Source: an uncultured Gemmatimonadales bacterium (lineage in GTDB: Bacteria; Gemmatimonadota; Gemmatimonadetes; Longimicrobiales; RSA9). From it: 64,000 bases of DNA. Made by a program: the position numbers and the translations under genes. The notes beneath the pieces were generated by a model. It did no database searches. It worked only from the letters and a program-made list of their open reading frames with translations, and was not told the DNA's origin. Shown here piece after piece: positions 26,273 through 35,021 of the stretch (its first letter is position 1; each line of letters starts with the position of its first letter). Location of the stretch: contig CAWAMW010000016.1 in the NCBI GenBank assembly GCA_963783305.1, forward strand, positions 480,001-544,000. The letters are read 5' to 3'.

Positions 26273-26650
26273 ATGATCGTCGGACTCGGAATGGATCTGG
26301 TGGAGATCGCGCGACTGCGATCGTTTTACGACCGGTGGGGGGACGCCGGCCTGCGGCGGCTCTTCACCCCGGACGAGATCGGATACTGTCTCGCACAGGC
26401 CGACCCGGCTCCGTCGCTGTCCGCTCGGTTCGCCGCCAAGGAGGCGTTCTTCAAGGCGGTGGGGCAGGGGTGGGGGCGGGGCGGCGACTGGGGCGATGTG
26501 GAGGTGCACCGGGGTCCCCTCGGCGCACCCGAGCTGCGCTTGCGCGGTCGGGCGGCACGCGCCATGGATGCCCTTGGCGGCCGCCGGAGCCACCTCACGC
26601 TCAGCCACTCCCGCTCGACGGCGGGCGCAGTGCTGATCCTGGAGGCCTGA
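26273..26650 (+). CDS. acpS: holo-ACP synthase
   Basis: GLGMDLVEI, RFAAKEAFFKA and LTLSH motifs. Confidence 0.95.
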   Translation: MIVGLGMDLVEIARLRSFYDRWGDAGLRRLFTPDEIGYCLAQADPAPSLSARFAAKEAFFKAVGQGWGRGGDWGDVEVHRGPLGAPELRLRGRAARAMDALGGRRSHLTLSHSRSTAGAVLILEA

Positions 26651-26733
26651 TCGAGTTCCGGGGGGTTGCGCGGAGCCCCGTACCTGTGACAGGTTCGTGG
26701 TCGAAGGAAAGGAAGTCGCTCGAATCGGGTCAC

Positions 26734-26771
26734 GCGCGCCCCTCGGAACCAACCGGGGTGGCGCTTTTTTT
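26734..26771 (+). terminator. intrinsic terminator between acpS and the ANTAR regulator gene
   Basis: GCGCGCCCCTCGG-AACCAA-CCGGGGTGGCGC followed by T7. Confidence 0.8.
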
Positions 26772-26822
26772 GTCGGAGCCACCTTCCTCCTGACCTGGTC
26801 CACTTTCACGGAGCAACAGCGG

Positions 26823-27413
26823 ATGGCCGACTCACTACGTTTCCTGATCGCCGATGACGAGGCGCTGCACAACCTGGCGTTGACGAGTCAGCTCGAAGCG
26901 CTGGGGCACGAGGTCGTCGCCACGGCGTCCAATGGACGGGAGGCGGTGGAGCTGGCGCGGGAGAAGAAGCCCGATATCGCGATCCTGGACATCCGGATGC
27001 CCGTCATGACCGGCCCTGAGGCGGCGCACGAGATCCATCGCAATCGGCCGATCCCGATCCTGATCCTGTCGGCCTACAGCGACCGCCGGACCGTAGATGA
27101 GGCCACGCGATCCCCGGTCTTCCACTACCTGGTCAAGCCCGTCGACCCCGACGATCTCGCCCCCGCCATCGCCGTGGCCCGCGCCCGCTTCGGCGAGTGG
27201 ACCGACGCCCGCCACGAGCGCGATGTCCTCGAGAACAAGCTCGAGGAGCGAAAGATCCTCGATCGGGCCAAGGGCATCCTCATGGAGAGTCGGAACCTCT
27301 CGGAGCGCGAGGCCTATCGGTTCCTGCAGAAATCGAGTCAGGACCGCAATACGCCGATGATCGATCTCGCTCGCAAGATCCTCCTCGCCGCGCCATTGCT
27401 CCAGAAGGATTGA
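26823..27413 (+). CDS. response regulator with REC and ANTAR RNA-binding antitermination domain (PdtaR/EutV/NasT-like)
   Basis: IADDE, ILDIRMP and YLVKP REC motifs; ERKILDRAKGILME...SEREAYRFLQKSSQD ANTAR signature. Confidence 0.93.
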   Translation: MADSLRFLIADDEALHNLALTSQLEALGHEVVATASNGREAVELAREKKPDIAILDIRMPVMTGPEAAHEIHRNRPIPILILSAYSDRRTVDEATRSPVFHYLVKPVDPDDLAPAIAVARARFGEWTDARHERDVLENKLEERKILDRAKGILMESRNLSEREAYRFLQKSSQDRNTPMIDLARKILLAAPLLQKD

Positions 27414-27453
27414 CCCACTCGAGGTGCATGTGCCGGCTACGCGCGCACGGAAA

Positions 27454-28563
27454 ATGAACGATCCCGAAGGGCAGGTGGCGGGTCAGCCCGCTGTACGCCC
27501 CGCCACCATCCTCGTCGTGGACGATGAGCCCATGGCTCGGGAGACTCTGACGGACCTGTTGGAGGCCCACGGCTACAATGTTCTCAGCGCGGGCGATGCC
27601 GAGGAGGCGTTCGATCGTCTCCACCAGGCCGACCTCATCCTCCTCGATGCCATGCTCCCGGGGACGGATGGCTGGACCATCTGCCGCGAGATCAAGGAGA
27701 GGATCGATCCCCTCCTTCCCATCATCATGGTCACCGCTCGTACCGCTCCCGAAGACGTCGTCCGAACCTTCGATGCGGGCGCGGACGACTACATCCCGAA
27801 GCCGTTCCAGGTCGCCGAGCTCCGCGCGCGCATCGACTCGCGGCTACGGGCCCACCGGGCGGAACTGGCGCTCCAGGAGGCCAACGAGCAGGCGTCCCGG
27901 CTGGCGGAGCAGAACTACCGTCTGTACGAGCAGGCCCGCAGCGACGCCGAGGATCGCGCCAACCTGCTCCGGGAGCTCGATCACCGGGTCCGGAACAACC
28001 TCTCCGTCATCATGGGGCTCGTCACCCTCGAGCGGACGCGGACCAGCACCCGTCCCGCAGACGAGGCCCTCCTCAGTCTGGAAAACCGCCTCCGGGCCTT
28101 CCTCATGGCGTACGAGGCGTTCCGCCGCTCGAGCTATCGCGGCGTACCCATGAAGGAGATCGCCGACCGGGTGGTGCAGCGGCTCAAGAACACGCTCTGC
28201 CCCGAATCGCCCATCACCCTCTCCACCTCGGGAGATGACGACCTCGTCCCGGAGCGCTACGGCTTCGCCCTCGCCCTCGCCGTCAACGAGATCGCGTCCA
28301 GCGCCCTCCGAAACGGATTCCCGGACGGCCGCGGCGGCCAGCTGGCCCTGAGCGTGGTCGTGGAGTCCGACCGAATCGAGCTGGTCATGGCCGATGACGG
28401 GCTCGCGGGCGAGGAGCGCGGGGAGAACGGAGCCGAGGAGACAACGGGCGAGCGGTCGGTGTTGCGAGCGTTGGTGGAGACAGAACTGGGTGGCCGGATC
28501 AGCTTCGATCCGACCACCCAGGGTACCCGCGTCCGCATCAGCTGTCCTACCGTCAGCGTCTAA
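27454..28563 (+). CDS. REC + HisKA_2/HWE-type histidine kinase-like protein with degenerate HATPase boxes
   Basis: VVDDE, LLDAMLP and GADDYIPKPF REC motifs; H-box ELDHRVRNNL; divergent N and G boxes. Confidence 0.85.
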   Translation: MNDPEGQVAGQPAVRPATILVVDDEPMARETLTDLLEAHGYNVLSAGDAEEAFDRLHQADLILLDAMLPGTDGWTICREIKERIDPLLPIIMVTARTAPEDVVRTFDAGADDYIPKPFQVAELRARIDSRLRAHRAELALQEANEQASRLAEQNYRLYEQARSDAEDRANLLRELDHRVRNNLSVIMGLVTLERTRTSTRPADEALLSLENRLRAFLMAYEAFRRSSYRGVPMKEIADRVVQRLKNTLCPESPITLSTSGDDDLVPERYGFALALAVNEIASSALRNGFPDGRGGQLALSVVVESDRIELVMADDGLAGEERGENGAEETTGERSVLRALVETELGGRISFDPTTQGTRVRISCPTVSV

Positions 28564-28614
28564 CCCGCCGCAGGTGGGTGGGGGCGCCCCGGATTCCTCC
28601 GGGCGACCACCGGC

Positions 28615-30027
28615 CTAGTAGGTAGCCAGGTAGCGATCGATCTCCCACTCGTGGACCTGGGCGATGTAGTCCGCCCACTCCTGCTCCTTCGCGGCCACGA
28701 AGTGCTCGAACACGTGCTTGCCGAGCGTGTTCTTCATCAGCTCGCTCTTCTGAAAGACCTGAATCGCCTCCCCGAGGTCCTTCGGCAGCTCCTGGATCTT
28801 GTAGCGCCGCCGCTCCCGGACCGTCAGCTCGAAAATGTTCTTGTCCACCGGGTCCGGCGGATCGATCTCGTTCCGGATCCCGTCGAGGCCGGCCGCGAGC
28901 TGCACCGCCAGCGCCAGGTACGGGTTGGCGGCAGGGTCCGGGATCCGGAGCTCGATCCGTGTGCCGTTTCCACGACGCGCGGGGATCCGGACCATCGGGG
29001 ACCGGTTGTGATGCGACCACGCCACGTTCGTCGGCGCCTCGTACCCCGGCACCAGCCGCTTGAAGCTGTTGACCAGCGGGTTCGTCACCACGCAGAACGA
29101 CCGAGCGTGCTTCAGCAGCCCGCCCACGTAGTGCCGCATCACCTGCGACAGCCCATCCGCGTCGCTCTCGTCGTAAAACGCGGCTTTCCCGTCCTTGAAC
29201 AGCGACTGGTGCGTGTGCATCCCGGACCCGTTCTGGCCGAAAATGGGCTTCGGCATGAACGTGGCATGCAGGCCGTGCCGGACCGCCATGTTCTTGACCA
29301 CGAACTTGAACGTCGACAGATGGTCCGCCGTGGTCAGCGCGTCCTCGTACTTGAAGTCGATCTCGTGCTGACCCTGCGCCACCTCGTGGTGCGCCGCCTC
29401 CACCTCGAAGCCCATGGCGCTCAGCATGTTCACGATATCACGCCGCGCCACCTCCCCGAGGTCCACCGGGCCCAGGTCGAAGTAACCGCCCGCGTCATGT
29501 GTGAGGCGCGTCGGCGCCCCCTCCTCCGTCCGATGGAAGAGGAAGAACTCGGCCTCCACTCCCGCCATCATCTCGTACCCCATCTCCGCGGCGTCCGCGA
29601 TCACTCGCTTCAGCACGTTCCGCGGATCGCCGAGAAACGGCTTCTCGTCGGCCGTGAACACATCGCAGATCAGACGGCCCACGCGGTTGTCCTCGTCCCC
29701 CCACGGGTACACCGCGAACGTGTCGAAGTCCGGCCTCAGGATCATGTCCGATTCTTCGATCCGCACGAACCCCTCGATCGACGATCCATCGAACATGATG
29801 TCCCCGTCCAGCGCCTTCACGAACTGGCTCTCCGGCAGCTCCACATTCTTGATCTGCCCCGTGATGTCCGTAAACTGAAGACGCAGGAACCGCACGTTCG
29901 ACCGCTCCAGCATTCCCAGCACGTCCTTCTTCGACGCTCCCCGCGTACGGCGCGTCTCCGCGTCCGGCATGGGACGCACCTTGTGATCGGGGACCAGGTC
30001 CTTCTTGACTCGGTTCATCGGCTCCAT
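28615..30027 (-). CDS. glnA: glutamine synthetase type I
   Basis: MFDGSSIEGF, EAEFFLF, HHEVAQGQHEI, ATFMPKPIFGQNGSGMHTH, KRLVPGYEAP and NPYLA motifs. Confidence 0.97.
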   Translation of the reverse strand: MEPMNRVKKDLVPDHKVRPMPDAETRRTRGASKKDVLGMLERSNVRFLRLQFTDITGQIKNVELPESQFVKALDGDIMFDGSSIEGFVRIEESDMILRPDFDTFAVYPWGDEDNRVGRLICDVFTADEKPFLGDPRNVLKRVIADAAEMGYEMMAGVEAEFFLFHRTEEGAPTRLTHDAGGYFDLGPVDLGEVARRDIVNMLSAMGFEVEAAHHEVAQGQHEIDFKYEDALTTADHLSTFKFVVKNMAVRHGLHATFMPKPIFGQNGSGMHTHQSLFKDGKAAFYDESDADGLSQVMRHYVGGLLKHARSFCVVTNPLVNSFKRLVPGYEAPTNVAWSHHNRSPMVRIPARRGNGTRIELRIPDPAANPYLALAVQLAAGLDGIRNEIDPPDPVDKNIFELTVRERRRYKIQELPKDLGEAIQVFQKSELMKNTLGKHVFEHFVAAKEQEWADYIAQVHEWEIDRYLATY

Positions 30028-30102
30028 TGTTGGCTAAGGTGTGGCCTGCGTTCCCCACTCCAGGAGTGCGTCGGCGTTCGACCGGGTGCGCGCGGACGAA
30101 CC

Positions 30103-30131
30103 TAGATACCACGCCACCCGCACCCTGTCAA
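30103..30131 (-). promoter_or_regulatory. sigma70-type promoter of glnA
   Basis: TTGACA-17 nt-TATCTA on the minus strand. Confidence 0.55.
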
Positions 30132-30452
30132 TGCCAACGTGCATTCTGTACATAAAAACGGCGACACAGCGCAGGATGTTGGGTTGTTTGGCAATCGAAA
30201 ACATGAATAACCCGCGTCGTGTAAGACCTGACGCTCACACATCGTCCTCCTGACGACGGCAGGGCCACCTACTTCGAATGCACCCCGCCACCATTTCCGC
30301 CCTCGCCGTGTACGACGGAAAGAATCGAGCCATCCTGCCGCAGGGGTGCGCGGGTTCAGGGCCCGAACGCGAGCCGCATGTGGACGTCCGGCGGGGATTG
30401 CGGCTGGGAGAATCTGGCGGGAACGGCGGAAGGGGGTGTGGAAAGCGGGACG

Positions 30453-30896
30453 TCAGGTCTGGCAGCTTTCACACACGCCCACGAGCTCCACGCGCATTCC
30501 CTCCACGGTGAAGCCAGGGATCTGCCCGAGTTGGGCGAGGGAAACAGGATCGATCTCCCCCGGCGTGTCCCGCACCTCGCCGCAAGAGAGGCAGCGTGCG
30601 TGCGGGTGCGGGTCGGTCCGTCCGTCATAGCGTGCAGAACCGTCGCCATAGGTGAGCTTCGAGGCGAGGCCACAGCTGACCAGGGTCTCGAGCGACTTGT
30701 AGACGGTGGCGAGAGAGATGTCGGGGATCACGGCGCGCACCGACGTGAAGACGTCGTCAGCGGATGGGTGCTCCTCCGTCTGGCGCAGGAACCGATACAC
30801 CGCCGCTCGCTGGTCGGTGAACCGCTGCCCGCTGGCCTCGAGCGCCGAGCGGAGCAGGGCATCCGAATCGTGGGTGTGCTGTGGCATTGATTCCAT
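30453..30896 (-). CDS. Fur-family transcriptional repressor (PerR-like)
   Basis: TDQR, HPSADDVF, ISLATVYKSLE, RYD, HPHARCLSCG and CESC motifs. Confidence 0.92.
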   Translation of the reverse strand: MESMPQHTHDSDALLRSALEASGQRFTDQRAAVYRFLRQTEEHPSADDVFTSVRAVIPDISLATVYKSLETLVSCGLASKLTYGDGSARYDGRTDPHPHARCLSCGEVRDTPGEIDPVSLAQLGQIPGFTVEGMRVELVGVCESCQT

Positions 30897-30932
30897 GACT
30901 TCACCGGGTCGTGCGAAGGGCGGTCCAAGGCT

Positions 30933-30977
30933 AAGCTAATGGCGGTCGAGAAATATTGTCAATAGTGATTCTCACTA
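30933..30977 (-). promoter_or_regulatory. fur promoter with an abutting palindromic Fur/Per-box-like operator
   Basis: TTGACA-18 nt-TAGCTT (30962-30933); palindrome TAGTGA-TTC-TCACTA at 30963-30977. Confidence 0.7.
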
Positions 30978-30998
30978 CGAGATAGGGGTAAAAGCTTG

Positions 30999-31352
30999 AT
31001 GGCCAACGAGATAGAAGGCGGCGCACACATCGCTGCACTGGTTCGGGATCTCATGTTCGCGGCGCGGGTGCGAGGAGTCGCCCCCGCGGCGGCAGTGACG
31101 CAGAGGGCGGAGGATCTGCCCGGACTGGTCGGGCCCGACACGCGGCTGGTCATCGTGGAGCTGGAGGCGGCGGGAGCGTTCGAGCAGCTTCCAGGGGTGA
31201 AGGAGCGGGCGCCCGGAGCCCGGCTCGTGGCGTTCGGGCCTCATGTGCAGGAAGAGAAGCTGGAGGCGGCCCGGGGTGCGGGGGCGGAGGTGATGCCGCG
31301 GGGCCAGTTCGTGAAGCGGCTGCCTGAGCTGGTGGCGATGGCCGGCGGCTGA
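30999..31352 (+). CDS. small CheY-like pseudo-receiver / hypothetical protein
   Basis: DLMFAARV...LVIVEL...VAFGPHV...AARGAGA pattern; Glu at the apparent phospho-Asp position. Confidence 0.65.
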   Translation: MANEIEGGAHIAALVRDLMFAARVRGVAPAAAVTQRAEDLPGLVGPDTRLVIVELEAAGAFEQLPGVKERAPGARLVAFGPHVQEEKLEAARGAGAEVMPRGQFVKRLPELVAMAGG

Positions 31353-31400
31353 GAGATCCCGGGACGGCCGGTCCGTGGGCGTCGCAGCCCGAACGGAAAC

Positions 31401-31440
31401 GAAACGGGGCGGCCCACGGGAAGTGGGGCCGCCCCTTTTC
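31401..31440. terminator. bidirectional terminator between convergent genes
   Basis: GGGGCGGCCC...GGGCCGCCCC stem flanked by AAA and TTTT. Confidence 0.75.
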
Positions 31441-31463
31441 GAGCGCCAGCGGGGATCGGAGCG

Positions 31464-31859
31464 TCAGGCCGCGTCCGCCTCCTCTTCCTTCCGCTTGCAC
31501 TCGATGCAGTAGTGCGCGTGCGGGAGGGCATCGAGTCGCTCGAACTCGATGAGGTTGTCGCAGGTCTGGCAGAACCCGAAGGTCTCCGGCTCCCTGTAGA
31601 GACGGCGTAGCGCTTCCTCGATGCGATAGAGGTAGCGGCCCTCCTTGCTGGCGAACAGGAGCATCTTCTCCCGCTCCATGGCGTCCGTACCGAGATCCGC
31701 CATGTGATCCGAATACGAGTACAGGTCCGAATCGCCCTGTTCGGCGGAGAGCTTCGAGAGCTCGTCATAGCGGCCGAGGGAGCGAAGGGCCCTCTCGCGC
31801 TCTCGGAGGAGTCGCTTCTGTAGTTGCTCCAACTGCTTCTTCGTCAGCTTCTTGGCCAT
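31464..31859 (-). CDS. DksA/TraR C4-type zinc finger protein
   Basis: HMADLGTD coiled-coil tip, IEEALRRL, FGFCQTC...ERLDALP...CIECK. Confidence 0.9.
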   Translation of the reverse strand: MAKKLTKKQLEQLQKRLLRERERALRSLGRYDELSKLSAEQGDSDLYSYSDHMADLGTDAMEREKMLLFASKEGRYLYRIEEALRRLYREPETFGFCQTCDNLIEFERLDALPHAHYCIECKRKEEEADAA

Positions 31860-31947
31860 GATGCCCCGATTCGTCTGTCCGGCTGAGAGCGGAGACACCC
31901 AAGGGGAGCGGTCTCCTCCGTCGGGTGATGCCCGACCCAAACAACGA

Positions 31948-31976
31948 AATTTAGCGGTGGTGGCCGGATTATTCAA
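31948..31976 (-). promoter_or_regulatory. sigma70-type promoter of the DksA-family gene
   Basis: TTGAAT-17 nt-TAAATT. Confidence 0.55.
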
Positions 31977-32123
31977 CTCGCGGTACCGTCCTCGGGACCT
32001 GGCTCGGATGACGTTCCGCGAAGGGGATTTGTTCGCTGGCCGCGCTCGGCCCTATATTGCGAATCCTTCCTACCTTTAAGGAACCGAAAACCAAAGATCC
32101 CCAACCCCCCAGGAGGCTGCCTC

Positions 32124-34070
32124 ATGCCCATTGATGAACGCGCGCTGGAAGCACTGCTCGAGGAGTCCCGGACGTTTGAGCCTTCCGAGGAGTTCCGGCG
32201 GGAGGCCGTGGCGAACGATCCGGACATCTACGAGCGTGCGGCGGCGGATCCGGAGGCATTCTGGGCGGGGTGGGCGGAGAAGCTGGAGTGGTTCGAGAAG
32301 TGGGACCGCGTGCTGGAATGGGACGCGCCCCATGCACAGTGGTTCGTGGGCGGGAAGCTGAACGCCGCGCACAACTGCCTGGACCGTCACATCCGGGGGC
32401 CGAACCGGAACAAGGCGGCACTGGTGTGGGAGGGGGAGCCGGGCGACCAGCGGACGCTGACGTACTGGGACCTGCACCGTGAAGTGGGCAAGTTTGCGAA
32501 CGTGCTGAAGGGCCTGGGGGTGGGGAAAGGGGACCGGGTAGCGATCTACCTGCCGATGATCCCGGAAGCGGCCATTGCCATGCTGGCGTGCGCCCGGCTC
32601 GGCGCGGTTCATTCCGTGGTGTTCGGCGGCTTCAGCGCCGACAGTCTCCGGGACCGCATCATCGACGCGGAGGCGAAGGTGCTGGTCACGGCCGATGGGG
32701 GGTACCGCCGGGGCCGGGTGGTGCCGCTCAAGGACACCGCGGACAAGGCACTGCCGGAAACCCCCTCCATCGAGCACGTCGTGGTCGTGCGCCGCCGGCT
32801 GATCGCGCAGGACTCACAGGTCCACATGAAGAGCGGCCGGGACCACTGGTACCACCAGCTCATGCAGGAGGCCTCTGCCGAGTGCCCCGCAGAGCCCATG
32901 GACGCAGAGGACGTCCTGTTCATCCTCTACACCTCCGGCACCACCGGGCAGCCCAAGGGCGTGGTGCACACCACGGGCGGCTATATGACCCACGTCATGG
33001 CCACCAGCAAGCTCGTCTTCGACCTCAAGGACGATGACATGTACTGGTGCACCGCCGACGTGGGATGGATCACCGGCCACTCCTACATCCTCTACGGACC
33101 TCTGGCCAACGGGGCCACGGTGTTCATGTACGAGGGCGCACCCGACACCCCCGACCGCGGGCGGATGTGGAAGCTGGTGCAGAAGTACGGTGTGACGATC
33201 TTCTACACGGCGCCCACCGCGATCCGCGCGTTCATGCGGTGGGGCGGCGAGTGGCCCGAGGGGTACGATCTGTCGTCCCTGCGGCTCCTGGGAACGGTGG
33301 GGGAGCCCATCAACCCCGAGGCGTGGATGTGGTACCGGGAGCATATCGGCCGCTCGGAGCTGCCCATCGTCGACACGTGGTGGCAGACGGAGACGGGCGG
33401 GATCATGATTACGCCGCTCCCCGGGATCACGAAGACCAAGCCGGGAAGCGCCACGGTGCCGTTCCCGGGCGTGAGCGCCGAGCTGCTGGACAACCACGGC
33501 GCTTCGGTCCGCGCCGGGTACCTGGCCATCACGAAGCCCTGGCCGGGAATGATCCGGACGATCTGGGGCGACGATGAAAGATTCCGCGAGACGTACTGGT
33601 CACGCTGGGATGATATCTACTTCCCGGGTGATGGCGCGAAGCGCGATGAGGACGGCTATTTCTGGATCCTGGGCCGGGTGGACGACGTGCTGAACGTGGC
33701 GGGCCATCGGATCGGTACCATGGAGGTGGAGAGCGCGCTTGTGGACCACAAGTCCGTGGCCGAGGCGGCCGTGGTGGGGAAGGCGGACGAGCTCAAGGGG
33801 CAGGCGATCGCCGCGTTCGTCACGCTCAAGGAGGGGATCAAGCCGACGGCAACGCTGAAGGAGGAGCTGCGGGAGCACGTCTCGGAGAAGATTGGCGCGA
33901 TCGCGAAGCCTTCCTCGATCATCTTCACGGCGGAGCTGCCTAAGACCCGCTCGGGGAAGATCATGCGGCGGTTGCTCCAGGACATTGCGGAAGGGCGCGC
34001 AGTGGGAGATACGACGACGCTGGCGGACCCGTCCGTGGTGGAGATGCTCCAGAACCAGTACATCGAGTAG
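32124..34070 (+). CDS. acs: acetyl-CoA synthetase
   Basis: [45 protein letters not shown] and [11 protein letters not shown] motifs. Confidence 0.97.
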   Translation: MPIDERALEALLEESRTFEPSEEFRREAVANDPDIYERAAADPEAFWAGWAEKLEWFEKWDRVLEWDAPHAQWFVGGKLNAAHNCLDRHIRGPNRNKAALVWEGEPGDQRTLTYWDLHREVGKFANVLKGLGVGKGDRVAIYLPMIPEAAIAMLACARLGAVHSVVFGGFSADSLRDRIIDAEAKVLVTADGGYRRGRVVPLKDTADKALPETPSIEHVVVVRRRLIAQDSQVHMKSGRDHWYHQLMQEASAECPAEPMDAEDVLFILYTSGTTGQPKGVVHTTGGYMTHVMATSKLVFDLKDDDMYWCTADVGWITGHSYILYGPLANGATVFMYEGAPDTPDRGRMWKLVQKYGVTIFYTAPTAIRAFMRWGGEWPEGYDLSSLRLLGTVGEPINPEAWMWYREHIGRSELPIVDTWWQTETGGIMITPLPGITKTKPGSATVPFPGVSAELLDNHGASVRAGYLAITKPWPGMIRTIWGDDERFRETYWSRWDDIYFPGDGAKRDEDGYFWILGRVDDVLNVAGHRIGTMEVESALVDHKSVAEAAVVGKADELKGQAIAAFVTLKEGIKPTATLKEELREHVSEKIGAIAKPSSIIFTAELPKTRSGKIMRRLLQDIAEGRAVGDTTTLADPSVVEMLQNQYIE

Positions 34071-34085
34071 CGGACACGGCCGGCC

Positions 34086-35021
34086 TCAGTCGGGGCGGGC
34101 GAGGGTTACGGCAAACCCGGGCCTCGCTTCGGCCCAGCGCTCGATGGCGAGGCCGGCGCGAGCCAGCATGGCCTCGACCGAGGACCGGGTGTATTTGCAG
34201 CTGTCCTCCGTGTGCAGCGACTCGCCCGCCCCGAACTCGAACGTGCCGGCTTCGGGTACCGTCACTCGCTGCGGGCTTCGGGCCACCAGGTGCATCTCGA
34301 TCCGGTCGCGCTCCTCATTGTAGAATGCGTGGTGACGGAACGCGGAGAGATCGAAATCGGCGCCCAGCTCGCGGTTCAGGACGCTCAGCATGTTCAGGTT
34401 GAACGCGGCGGTGACTCCGCGGGCGTCGTTGTACGCCGACTCCAGGACCTCCCGCTCCTTCTGAAGGTCTACGCCGAGGAGGAACCGGTCCCGCTCGTCC
34501 ATCTCGGCTCGGATCCGCTGGAGTTGCGCCACCCCCTCCGCGGCCGGGAAGTTGCCGATGGTGCCGCCGAGGAGGGCGAACAGCGCCGGGCGGGGCAGGT
34601 CCCGCGGCACGCTGAATCCCACGGTCATGTCGGCGACCACCGGCCTGACCTCCAGCGTCGGGTACGTTTCCCGGAGCTGCGCGGCCACCCCCTCGAGGAA
34701 CTCGCCACTGATGTCGATGGGTACGTAGGTCGGGGTGCCCACCGTCTCGTCCATGGCGTCGAGGAGCGTGGTGGTTTTATCCGCGGCCCCCGCGCCGAGC
34801 TCCACCAGAGACGCCGCGCGGAGCGCCCTGATCCAGTCCGTTACGTGATCGTGCAGCAGCAGCCGCTCCGTGCGCGTGGGATAGTACTCCGGCTGGCGGG
34901 TGATCTCTTCGAACAGCTCCGACCCGCGGCGGTCGTAGAAGAACTTGGGCGACAACCGCTTCTGCGGACGAGAAAGCCCCTCCGCCACCTCCCGCAGCAT
35001 CCTGCGGTCGGGATCAGCCAT
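34086..35021 (-). CDS. egtD: L-histidine N-alpha-methyltransferase (hercynine synthase)
   Basis: PKFFYDRRGSELFEEIT, EYYPTRTE, ELGAG, GGTIGNF, AYND, RIEMHL and TEDSCKY motifs. Confidence 0.92.
   Translation of the reverse strand: MADPDRRMLREVAEGLSRPQKRLSPKFFYDRRGSELFEEITRQPEYYPTRTERLLLHDHVTDWIRALRAASLVELGAGAADKTTTLLDAMDETVGTPTYVPIDISGEFLEGVAAQLRETYPTLEVRPVVADMTVGFSVPRDLPRPALFALLGGTIGNFPAAEGVAQLQRIRAEMDERDRFLLGVDLQKEREVLESAYNDARGVTAAFNLNMLSVLNRELGADFDLSAFRHHAFYNEERDRIEMHLVARSPQRVTVPEAGTFEFGAGESLHTEDSCKYTRSSVEAMLARAGLAIERWAEARPGFAVTLARPD

Noticed and set aside
30120..30145. sigma54 promoter or NtrC/GlnR site upstream of glnA
   Set aside because: TGGCA on the minus strand lacks GC at the N10 spacing, and neither TGCAC-N7-GTGCA nor TGTNA-N7-TNACA is matched.
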